Assembly (NCBI GenBank): GCA_963725825.1
Contig: CAVSAI010000031.1
Location: 5,337 to 69,336 of the forward strand
Reading direction: 5' to 3'
DNA: 64,000 nt
Source: Candidatus Aminicenantes bacterium
GTDB taxonomy: Bacteria > Acidobacteriota > Aminicenantia > Aminicenantales > Saccharicenantaceae
Positions 35,930 through 45,739 of this stretch are shown piece after piece. The number at the start of each line of letters is the position of its first letter. Position 1 is the stretch's first letter. The position numbers and the translations under genes were made by a program. The notes under the pieces were generated by a model. That model made no database searches. It saw only the letters and a program-made list of their open reading frames with translations, and was not told the DNA's origin.

Positions 35930-37185
35930 TTATAAGGCCTTTCCCGGCGTCAGGGCGAGCGTTTTCCTCAGCAGGTCGAGGGCTTTCTGCGAGGACTGGA
36001 ACTTGACCTGCGTCCGGCCGCCGGAAAAGAGGTTCCGCAGGACCTTCGTTCCGCGGCTTCGGGCGATGGCGACATAGACGAGCCCGACGGGCTTGCGGGC
36101 GGTCCCGCCGCCGGGGCCCGCGACGCCGGTGACGGCGACGCCGATATCGGCTCCCGACGTCTTGCGTATGCCGAGGGCCATGGCCCTGGCGACGGGAGCG
36201 CTGACGGCGCCGTGCTTCTCGATGAGCGCTGCCGGGACGCCCAAGCGCCTGATCTTGGCCCGGTTGCTGTAGACGACCGCGGATTCCAGGAAATAATCCG
36301 AGCTCCCCGGGACCTCGGTCAGCCGGTGCCCGATGAGGCCGCCCGTGCAGGATTCGGCGCAGGCGACGGTCAATGACCGCTCTCTGAGCAGGGCTCCGAC
36401 GACCTCCTCGAGGCTTTCGCCGTTCCGGGAATAGATCCACGGTCCGAGCGCTTTGCCGATCAGCCGCTCGAGCCCGTCGAGCCGCGCGTCGGCCTCCGCG
36501 CGGCTGATCCTGCCGGAACAGGTCAGACGGATCGAGAGATCACCCGGGCTGGCCAGAGTGGTGATGGTCACGCCGGCGGGTCTGGCGGCGTAGACGTCCT
36601 TGAGCCGAGTTTCCATGGACGATTCGCCCAGGCCCGTCAGCCGGATGACCCGCCGGACCGTCAGCCCCTTTCCGAGGCGGACGAGACGGGGCATGACCAG
36701 GTTCTCGAACATGGGCAGGATCTCGCGGGGAGGGCCGGGGAGAAGCGCGATCGCGTTGTGTCTGGTCTCGAGCCACAGGCCGGGGGCCGTGCCGTTGGGA
36801 TTATCCAGGATCACGGCCCCTTCGGGGACATAGCACTGCTTGAGGTTCGAAGCGGACATGGGCCAGCCCCGGCGTCTGAACCTCTCGCGGATCGCCGCCC
36901 GGATCTCCTCGTGGAAGATGAGCCTCCGCCTCAGCACCTTGGCGGCGTCTCGCGCGTCCGGTCGTCCTCGGTCGGGCCGAGTCCGCCCATGCAGAGGACG
37001 AGACGGGAGCGGCCGAAAGCGGTCCGGAGGACCCGGGCGAGGTCGCGCTCGTCGTCGCCGACGATCGTCTTGAAGGAGACTTCGAGGCCTATCGAATTCA
37101 GGCCGGCCGTCAGGCGCAGCGAATTCGTGTCCTGGAAATCCGGCGTCAGGAGCTCCGAGCCGACGGCGATGATCTCGACCTTCAT
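35930..37185 (-). pseudogene. cinA: cinA (competence/damage-inducible protein A, MoCF-binding domain + PncC-type deamidase domain), interrupted by an apparent 1-nt deletion near 36947
   Basis: The N-terminal part MKVEIIAVGSELL...GGLGPTEDDRTRE lies in the frame of ORF 36931..37374. The continuation (T)AAKVLRRRLIFHEEI...ESCTGGLIG... lies in the frame of ORF 35930..36937. Total length is 1256 = 3x419 - 1. Confidence 0.75.
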
Positions 37186-37198
37186 GGTCCTCCAGGCC

Positions 37199-37648
37199 TC
37201 AGACGAAGAGCAAGGCCAGGCGCGCGAGGGCGGCCGCGGCGAGCCCGGCGGCGACGTCGTCGGCCATGATGCCCCAGCCGCCCGGCAGGCGTTCGAGCTT
37301 GCGGATCGGCCAAGGCTTGATGATATCAAAAAAGCGGAAGAGCGCGAAGGCGATGCCGACGGGGACCCAAGCACCCGGAAGGAAAGCGACGGCGATGAGC
37401 TGGCCGCAGACTTCGTCGACGACGATCCGGCCGGGGTCGGGACGGCCGAGCTCCGAAGCGTAGCGACCGGCGGCGACGGTCCCGGCGAAGAAGAGAATGA
37501 CGACCAGGATCACATAGAGCGGCCAAGGCAGGCTATGAAGGATAAGTCCATAAGCCAGCGCGATGATGGCGCTGGCCGCCGTCCCCGGCGCGAGCGGAAC
37601 AAGGCCGATCCCGAAGAACGTGGCCAGGATCCGCGAGAGGGACTTCAC
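37199..37648 (-). CDS. pgpA: phosphatidylglycerophosphatase A
   Basis: [16 protein letters not shown] and DEVCGQ blocks. 149 aa. It overlaps the rimO stop by 4 nt. Confidence 0.85.
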   Translation of the reverse strand: MKSLSRILATFFGIGLVPLAPGTAASAIIALAYGLILHSLPWPLYVILVVILFFAGTVAAGRYASELGRPDPGRIVVDEVCGQLIAVAFLPGAWVPVGIAFALFRFFDIIKPWPIRKLERLPGGWGIMADDVAAGLAAAALARLALLFV

Positions 37649-39002
37649 GGGACGAGCCTCCCGAAGAGGTCATAGTCGTCAACCGAGAGGATCTCGACCG
37701 GGACGATCGCGGCGCGCGGCTCGGCCATCCCCGGCGGCAACATGAATCTGACGACGCCGTCGACCTCCGGCGCCTGGAACCGGCCCCGGCCGGTCCAGCG
37801 CCCGGGCGTGCCGGCATCGGCGCCCTCGACGATCACATCGATCGTCTGCCCCAAGCGGCTTTCGTTGTGGGCGCGCGAGATCCCGGCCTGGATGGCCATG
37901 ATCTCTCGGCGGCGCTCTTCTTTTTCCTCGGGGGAAACCGTATCGGGCAGGCGGCAGGCGGCGGTGCCTTTCTCGGGCGAGTAGGCGAAGACGCCCAGGT
38001 GATCGAAGCGCGCCTCGTCGACGAAGCGGCGGAGCGCCGCGAACTCCCTCTTTCCTTCGCCCGGGAAGCCGACGATGAGCGAGGTCCGGAGGGTCGCGTC
38101 CGGGAGCTGCTTCCTGATGCGCTCGATAAGACGCAGGGCCCGGCGGGCGTCGAGGCCCCTTTTCATGGACTTGAGGAGGCCGGGGTCGGCGTGCTGGAAA
38201 GGGATATCGAAGTAACGGCAGATCTTCGGCCCGGCCATGACGTCGAGGAGCGGCGCGCTGATCTCTTCGGGGTAGCCGTAGAGAAACCGGATCCACTCGA
38301 TGCCCGGGACGCGGGCCAGCCGATCGAGAAGGCCGGCCAGCCCGTCGCGGACGCCGCGGTCCCGACCGAACCAGGTCGTATCGTGCGAGATGAGATCGAT
38401 CTCCTTGACGCCGAGACCCGCGAGCGTGCGGGCCTCGCGGACGACGGAGGCGGCGCTGCGGGAAACATAACGACCCTTGATCAAGGGGATGGCGCAGAAG
38501 CCGCAGCGGTGGGAACAGCCCTCCGAGATCTTGACGTAGGCCCAGGTCCCGGGAGTGGAGACGAGGCGAGGCGAGACGTCCGAATAGAGGAACGTTCTGT
38601 CGGGAACGCAGACCGGCCGGCCCTCGACGATGGCCGCGATCTCGTCGAAGCTCCGGACGCCGGTCCAGGCGTCGACGTCGGGGAACTTGGCCTGAAGGGC
38701 CGCCTGGTCTCGTTCGACATAGCAGCCGGCGGCGATGACCTTCTTGCCCGGGTCCGAGCGCTTGAGCCCGACGACCGATGCGAGCGTCTCTTCGGCTTCG
38801 TCGCGGGCCGGCCCGATGAAACCGCAGGTGTTGACGATGACGACATCGGCGTCCTCGGGCCTCGGGACGAACCCGTAGCCGGCCTTCTTGAGCGCGCCGA
38901 GCATCACTTCGCTGTCGACGAGATTCTTGGCGCAGCCGAGGCTGACGAGGGCGACCTTCTTTTTGGCCCGCCGGACGCCCGGGGCGCCGTGCGTCGGCCG
39001 GG

Positions 39003-39006
<4 letters not shown>
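37645..39006 (-). CDS. rimO: ribosomal protein S12 methylthiotransferase RimO
   Basis: This is the C-terminal 453 aa of track ORF 37645..40029. It contains [16 protein letters not shown] (UPF0004 domain), the radical-SAM motif CSHRCGFC and a TRAM domain. The proposed TTG start at 39006 overlaps the asnS stop, but the exact start is uncertain. Confidence 0.8.
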
Positions 39007-40297
<1,291 letters not shown>

Positions 40298-40306
40298 AAT
40301 GCGCTC

Positions 40307-40334
40307 ATTATAAGCAAAATCGACTTAGGCGCAA
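40307..40334 (-). promoter_or_regulatory. promoter candidate giving a leaderless asnS mRNA
   Basis: The minus strand reads TTGCGC (40329-40334), a 16-nt spacer, then TGcTATAAT (extended -10; hexamer 40307-40312), followed by 9 nt (GAGCGCATT) with no SD before the ATG at 40297. Confidence 0.45.
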
Positions 40335-40543
40335 TCGCTTGAACCCAGCGTTTGTTTCGGCTGCGGAGGGATTTCGGTTTCATCTCCGTTCGCTGCGGTA
40401 ATTCTTCACGCCGCCCCGCTCCGGAGCCGGGTTAAAGACGCCGCGTCTCCCTCGCGATGTCGGCTAAATTACCGCTTTATGCTCCCTCCGATGAAACCCT
40501 CAACCCCTTCTTCCGCAGCCTTGTACGAGCTCCCGATGACCCT

Positions 40544-40573
40544 CTGACCATCAAAGCGAAATTCGGTTATAAT
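40544..40573 (+). promoter_or_regulatory. promoter candidate for the DUF4416 gene (short leader)
   Basis: CTGACC (40544-40549), an 18-nt spacer, then TATAAT (40568-40573). The ATG at 40587 is 13 nt downstream. The track ATG at 40572 lies inside the -10 box. Confidence 0.35.
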
Positions 40574-40586
40574 GAAATCAAGGCCT

Positions 40587-41129
40587 ATGGCTCAGCCGAA
40601 AGAGTTCGCTCCCGTCAAGCTGATTTGCGGCGTGATCTATAAAGAGGATGCGCTTTACGATGAGGTCCGGCGGCGGCTCGAGGCGGAGTGGGGGAGGGTC
40701 GACAGCGAGAGCGCGCCGTTCCCGTTCGACCTGACCGACTATTATGAAGCCGAGATGGGCCCGGGACTCGTTCGGCGGTTCATGAGCTTCGAGACCCTCA
40801 TCGCGCCGGAGTCCCTTCCGGAGAAGAAGCTCAGGGCGATCGAGATCGAGGAGTCGCTCCGGCGGGAGCACGGGGCTCCGGGCCGCCCGGTCAACATCGA
40901 CCCCGGCTACCTCACCGCCTCGGCGCTCGTCATGGCCACGGCCAAGGATTTCGCCCACCGCGTCCCGCTCGGGCAGGGCATCTACGCCCACCTCGAGTTC
41001 CTGTTCACGAAAACCGGGGTCAGGACGCTCGACTGGACCTATCCCGACCTGAGGCGCGAGCCTCCGCAGGCGTATTTCCGGTCGGTCCGGGAGATCTTTC
41101 TTCGAGGGATCCGCGAACGGCCGGATTGA
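40587..41129 (+). CDS. DUF4416 family protein
   Basis: MAQPKEFAPVKLICGVIY...FDLTDYYEAEMG...NIDPGYL...LVMATAKDFAHRV matches my memory of the DUF4416 family. The function is unknown. Confidence 0.65.
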   Translation: MAQPKEFAPVKLICGVIYKEDALYDEVRRRLEAEWGRVDSESAPFPFDLTDYYEAEMGPGLVRRFMSFETLIAPESLPEKKLRAIEIEESLRREHGAPGRPVNIDPGYLTASALVMATAKDFAHRVPLGQGIYAHLEFLFTKTGVRTLDWTYPDLRREPPQAYFRSVREIFLRGIRERPD

Positions 41130-41138
41130 CGCCCGGGC

Positions 41139-42293
41139 TCAGCCTTCGGGATGGAAGGCGGAGATGGAGCGCAGCTTGGCGATGATCTCCGGCAGCTCTT
41201 TCAGCACGACGTCGATGTCCGCCTCGCTGTTGGAGCGGCCGAGGGACATCCGGATCGAGGAGCGGGCGATCTCCGGCCGCAGCCCGATGGCCTGGAGGAC
41301 GTGGGAGACCTCCTCGGATTCCTCGCTGCAGGCCGATCCGGTCGAAACGTAGATCTCCTTGGTCGCCAGGGCCAGGAGGATGGCTTCGGCCTCGAGACCG
41401 GGGAAGGCGAAATTGAGGGTGCTCTTGACCCGGTTCTCGGGGTGGCCGTTGAACCGGGCCCCCGGGATCTTCTGTTCGATGCCCCGCTTGAGCGTCTCGG
41501 CCAGCTTCTCGACCCGCCCCCGCTCCTTGCGTCCCTTTTCTTCGAGGACGCGGACGGCCTCGCCGAAGCCGATGATGCCGGCCGTATTTTCGGTCCCGGC
41601 CCGAAGCCCGCGCTCCTGGCGTCCGCCGTGGACGAAGGGGCGGATCGTCGCCCCGCGGCGGACGTAGAGGGCGCCGATCCCCTTGGGGCCGTAGATCTTG
41701 TGCGCGGAAACGGTCAGGAGATCGACCCCGAGCTTGCGGGCGTCGACGTCGATCTTGCCGAAGCTCTGGACGGCGTCCGTGTGCACGGGGATGCCGCGCT
41801 CGTGGGCGATCCGGACGATCTCGGCGACGGGCTCGATCGTGCCGATCTCGTTGTTGGCGTGCATGACCGAGACGAGGCCGGTCTTCGGGGTCAGGGCCGA
41901 GCGGAGATGGTCGAGGCTGACCGTTCCGTATTCGTCGACGGGCACATAGGTGACTTTGACCCCCCGGCGCTCCAGGGTCTTGGCCGCCTCGATCACGGCC
42001 GGATGCTCGATCGCCGAGGTGACGAATTCGTTCCGCTCCGGCGCGGCATCGAAGGTCCCGAAGACGGCGAAGTTGTCGGCTTCAGTCCCCGAGCCGGTGA
42101 AGAAGATCTCGCCCCGGTCGACGCCGAGGGCCGCGGCCAGGCGCTCGCGGGCCTCGTTCATCAGCTCCTTGACCCTCCGGCCGATCGGGTAGAGGGACGA
42201 GGGGTTGCCGAAGTGCTCCCGCAGGAACCAGGCCATCTTCTCGGCGACGGCCGGATCGACCGGCGTCGTGGCGTTATGGTCGAGGTAGATCAT
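41139..42293 (-). CDS. nifS: cysteine desulfurase (NifS/IscS type, class V aminotransferase)
   Basis: MIYLDHNATTP start, PLP lysine in SAHKIYGPKGIGALY and the catalytic Cys loop STGSACSEES. 384 aa. Confidence 0.85.
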   Translation of the reverse strand: MIYLDHNATTPVDPAVAEKMAWFLREHFGNPSSLYPIGRRVKELMNEARERLAAALGVDRGEIFFTGSGTEADNFAVFGTFDAAPERNEFVTSAIEHPAVIEAAKTLERRGVKVTYVPVDEYGTVSLDHLRSALTPKTGLVSVMHANNEIGTIEPVAEIVRIAHERGIPVHTDAVQSFGKIDVDARKLGVDLLTVSAHKIYGPKGIGALYVRRGATIRPFVHGGRQERGLRAGTENTAGIIGFGEAVRVLEEKGRKERGRVEKLAETLKRGIEQKIPGARFNGHPENRVKSTLNFAFPGLEAEAILLALATKEIYVSTGSACSEESEEVSHVLQAIGLRPEIARSSIRMSLGRSNSEADIDVVLKELPEIIAKLRSISAFHPEG

Positions 42294-42300
42294 GCCGCGT

Positions 42301-42309
42301 ATTCTAACA
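42301..42309 (-). promoter_or_regulatory. extended -10 element (TGtTAGAAT) 7 nt upstream of the nifS ATG
   Basis: The minus strand reads CTGTTAGAATACGCGGCATG, with no SD between the -10 box and the ATG at 42293. Confidence 0.4.
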
Positions 42310-42322
42310 GAACGCCCGGCAT

Positions 42323-42357
42323 AAGAAAAGAGGGCCCGTCCCCGAACGGGATGGCCC
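42323..42357 (-). terminator. intrinsic terminator candidate downstream of serA
   Basis: The minus-strand RNA reads GGGCC-A-UCCC-GUUCG-GGGA-CG-GGCCC (5 + 4 bp, GC-rich) followed by CUCUUUUCUU. It begins 32 nt after the serA stop. Confidence 0.5.
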
Positions 42358-42388
42358 GTACGGCGACAGTCTCTTGATTTCTGAACGT

Positions 42389-43290
42389 TCAGGCGAGCTT
42401 TTCTTTAAGGATGCGGACGACCTCGAGGCCGGCCCGCTGCTGGCCCTCGGCCGCCGCGGCGCCGAGATGGGGGATCGGGATGACGTTCGGATGGTCGACG
42501 AGCGAGAAGTCCTCGGGAGGCTCCTTGTCGAAGACGTCGAGCGCCGCCGCCCGGACCTTGCCGGAATTGAGGGCGCCGAGCAGGGCCTTCTCGTCGACGA
42601 CGCCGCCGCGGGCGACATTGACGATGATGACGCCCGGTCTTCATCTTGCCGAACTCGGCCTCGCCCAGGATGGGCTTGGCCTGCTTGGGGACGTGAAGGG
42701 TGATGAGGTCGGCCGCGGCCAAGAGCTCGTCGAGCGGGACCTGCTTGACGGCCAGGTCCGTCTTGATCGGGATGACGTCGTAGGCCACGACGGTCATGCC
42801 GAAGGCCAGGGCCCGCTTGGCCACTTCCGTCCCGATCCGGCCGAAGCCGATGATGCCCAGGGTCTTGCCGAAGAGCTCCGTGCCCTCGAGCGCCTTCTTG
42901 TCCCATTTATGGGCCTTCATCGACAGGACCGCCTTGGCAGTGATTGCGGACCGCGCCGAGCATCAGCCCGAAGGTGTGCTCGGCCACGGTGATGGACGTG
43001 GCCGCGGGGGTGTTGGCGACGAAGATGCCCTTTTCCTTGGCCGCGTCGCGGTCGATATTATCGAGGCCGATGCCGGCCCGGACGAGGACCTTGAGGTCCT
43101 TGCCCGCCTCGATCACCGGCCGGGTGATCCGCGAGGCGCTGCGCACGACCACGGCGCTGCAGCCGGGGACGGTCTGGATGAGCTCGGCCTCGCTCATGCC
43201 CTTTTGGACGGTGACTTCGAATCCCGGGACGGCCTTGAGCAGGTCCAGGGCCGCCTTGTCCATGCCGTCGGCGATGAGGATCTTGGTCAT
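42389..43290 (-). pseudogene. serA: D-3-phosphoglycerate dehydrogenase (short form) with two apparent 1-nt insertions (near 42942 and 42632)
   Basis: Conserved sequence lies in three frames. The first part is MTKILIADGMDKAAL...TVAEHTFGLMLGAVRN. The second is TAKAVLSMKAHKWDKKALEGTELFGKTLGIIGFGRIGTEVA...AEFGKMKTG. The third is [26 protein letters not shown]...[26 protein letters not shown]. Length is 902 = 3x300 + 2. The ATG overlaps the serC stop (ATGA). Confidence 0.8.
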
Positions 43291-44435
43291 TGCCAGTTCT
43301 CCTTGAGGACGGCCTGGGCGGCCGTGATGCCGGCCCCGGCCTGGAACTTGTAGCCGAGGTCCATGAGGGTCATCTCGAGGGCCGACAGGGCGGTGATGAT
43401 GTCGAAGCCGCCCATGTAGCCGAGGTGGGCGATGCGGAAGATCTTCCCCTTGTAGGGGTCCTGCCCGCCGGCGATGTAGGCCATGTACTTGCCCTGCATC
43501 GTCTTGACCAGCTTGCCGCCCTCGATGCCTTCGGGAACCTTGCAGCAGGTCAGGACGTTGCCCGGCCGCTTCGCCAGCAGCTCCAGGCCGAGGGCCTTGA
43601 CCCCGGCCCGGGTGGCGTCGGCCAGGATGCGATGGTGGGCGAACAGGCCGTCCAGGCCCATCTTCTTGATGATGTCCAGGGCGTGCTTCTGCTGGATGAT
43701 GAGCGAGATGCCGGGCGTCCAGGGCGTCGTCTTGTCGGCCAGGTTCTTCTTGGCCTTCTTGAGATCGAAATAGAACTTCGGCAGCTTGGCGTTGGCCGCC
43801 GCCGCCCAGGCCTTTTGGCTCAGGGCGATGAAGGCCAGACCGGGCGGGATCATGAACGATTTCTGCGAGCCGGACAGGAAAACGTCGAGCTTCCAGTCGT
43901 CCATGGGGCAGGGCGTGACGCCCGCCCCGGAGATGCCGTCGACGACGAGCAGGGCCGGCGTCTTGGCCACGACCTCGCCGAAGCCCTGGATGTCGAACAT
44001 GGCCCCGGAGGAGGTTTCCGACAAGGTCGCGAAGACGGCCTTGCAGTCGGGCATGGCCTTGAGCTCGGCCTCGAGCTCCTCCTTGGTGAGGTCCTTGCCC
44101 CACGGGTCGAGGACGATCTCCTTGTAGGCGACGCCGTAGGCCTTGCAGATGTTTCCCCAGCGCTCGCCGAACTTGCCGCCGTTGATCGTCAGGACCTTGT
44201 CGCCGGGGCTGAGAAGGTTGACCACGGCGGTTTCCATGGCCCCGGTCCCTGATGAGGTCAGGATGTAGGCCTCTTCCTTGGTGCCGAAGACCTGCTTGAT
44301 GCCTTCGGTGACCTCCATGAAGATGGCCGAAAACTCGGCCGTCCGGTGGTGGATGATGGGTTCGGCCGCCGACGACAGGGCCCGTTCGGGGACCGGCGTG
44401 GGGCCGGGGGAGAGAAGGTAGTATTTTTTGATCAT
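43287..44435 (-). CDS. serC: phosphoserine aminotransferase (class V, serine-glyoxylate/archaeal-type SerC)
   Basis: The ATG at 44435 follows a GGAGGG SD. MIKKYYLLSPGPTPVPERAL start and the PLP lysine block SGSQKSFMIPPG. It sits upstream of serA. Confidence 0.8.
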   Translation of the reverse strand: MIKKYYLLSPGPTPVPERALSSAAEPIIHHRTAEFSAIFMEVTEGIKQVFGTKEEAYILTSSGTGAMETAVVNLLSPGDKVLTINGGKFGERWGNICKAYGVAYKEIVLDPWGKDLTKEELEAELKAMPDCKAVFATLSETSSGAMFDIQGFGEVVAKTPALLVVDGISGAGVTPCPMDDWKLDVFLSGSQKSFMIPPGLAFIALSQKAWAAAANAKLPKFYFDLKKAKKNLADKTTPWTPGISLIIQQKHALDIIKKMGLDGLFAHHRILADATRAGVKALGLELLAKRPGNVLTCCKVPEGIEGGKLVKTMQGKYMAYIAGGQDPYKGKIFRIAHLGYMGGFDIITALSALEMTLMDLGYKFQAGAGITAAQAVLKENWQ

Positions 44436-44475
44436 AGAGCCCTCCATTGGAATGTTATGATAACGGCGTATCGGA

Positions 44476-45606
44476 TCATAGGGTTTTGAGAAGCTGGGTC
44501 AGCAGGGCCGTCCGTTCGATGAACGACGGCACGAGCAGATGCTCGTGCTCGGCGTGGAGGCCGTCCCCGTCCGGCCCGAGGCCGTCGAGGGTCGGCACGC
44601 CCAGTCCGGCCGCGATCGACGCGTCCGAGCCGCCCCCGGTCTTGCCGGCCTTGAGAGCCAGGCCCATGTCCGCGGCGATCTCCTGGGCTTGGCCGAACAG
44701 CCTGTCGGAGGCCTTGGTTTTTTCCATCGGCGGCGTCGTGCTTTCGACCGTGATCTTGATCCGGGCTCCCCGCAGGATCGGGGCCGACTCGCGCAGGATC
44801 CGCAGGACCCGGTCGCGATCGGCGGCCTTCCAGAACCGGATGTCGAGAACGGCCCAGGCGCTCTCGGCCACGACGTTCGCTTTTTCTCCGCCCCCGATGA
44901 GGCCGACGTTGACGGTGGTCTCTCCCGTCCGCAGGCGCTTGAGCCGGGCGATCTGGGTCGCCAGCTCCTCGACCGCACTGACGCCCTTCTCGGGAGTGCC
45001 GCCGTGGGCCGACCGTCCGTGGACGTCCATGCGGATGACGAGACGGCCTTTGCGCTCGAGCTTCAAGACCCCCCCCGGCAGGGCCGGTTCGAGACAGAGA
45101 ACAAGGGAGGCCCGGCGAGCCAGCTTGCGGATGAGATCGGTCGAGGCCGCGCTCCCGGTCTCCTCGGCCGAGTTGACGAAGACCGTGATCCTTTTTTGCG
45201 GCTTGATATTGAGGCCATGGATGGCCCTGAGCGACGCGAGGAGCATGACCAGCCCGGATTTCATGTCCAGGACACCCGGCCCGTAAAGCCGGTTGCCCTG
45301 CACGTAGAAGGGCATCTTGGCGATCTTGCCGACGGGCCAGACGGTGTCGAGGTGGGTGAGGACGAGGATCTCGTCGTCGGCGTCCCTGACCTGTCCCGGC
45401 GCGAACTCGGCCACGACCAGGTCGCCGGTGTCCTTCTGGGGATGGGTCGTGACGCTGCAACCGACCTTTTTGAGCTCTTTGGCCGTGAAGGCCACGCAGG
45501 CGTCGACGGCCTTCTTGTCGTCGGTCGGGGATTCGAGCGTCACGATCTGCTTCAACAGATGGACCAGCTCTCCTTGGCGGGAGCGGAAATAGAGCCGGAA
45601 ATCCAT
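44476..45606 (-). CDS. M20 family metallopeptidase (carboxypeptidase G2/ArgE-like)
   Basis: The ATG at 45606 follows a GGAGGG SD. Blocks: LVLTHLDTVWP, DMKSGL, NSAEETGS and GGGSDAS. Confidence 0.8.
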   Translation of the reverse strand: MDFRLYFRSRQGELVHLLKQIVTLESPTDDKKAVDACVAFTAKELKKVGCSVTTHPQKDTGDLVVAEFAPGQVRDADDEILVLTHLDTVWPVGKIAKMPFYVQGNRLYGPGVLDMKSGLVMLLASLRAIHGLNIKPQKRITVFVNSAEETGSAASTDLIRKLARRASLVLCLEPALPGGVLKLERKGRLVIRMDVHGRSAHGGTPEKGVSAVEELATQIARLKRLRTGETTVNVGLIGGGEKANVVAESAWAVLDIRFWKAADRDRVLRILRESAPILRGARIKITVESTTPPMEKTKASDRLFGQAQEIAADMGLALKAGKTGGGSDASIAAGLGVPTLDGLGPDGDGLHAEHEHLLVPSFIERTALLTQLLKTL

Positions 45607-45675
45607 GGGTCCCTCCACCCGCGATCGGGAAGCGTTACTCTAACACAGTCAGGAGGGAAAAGCACTTCCTTTGTC

Positions 45676-45704
45676 TTGATTTAGGGGTTTCTTTCCCCTA
45701 GAGT
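45676..45704 (+). promoter_or_regulatory. promoter candidate for the GH63-like / glycosylasparaginase operon
   Basis: TTGATT (45676-45681), a 17-nt spacer, then TAGAGT (45699-45704). Confidence 0.35.
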
Positions 45705-45739
45705 AGAACGCGAGGAGGCTTCATGCGGGATGCCCCGGC

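Noticed and set aside
40457-40642. 61-aa ORF in the asnS/DUF4416 intergenic region.
   Set aside because: It has no SD and no recognisable family. It spans the predicted DUF4416 promoter and runs into that gene in another frame.
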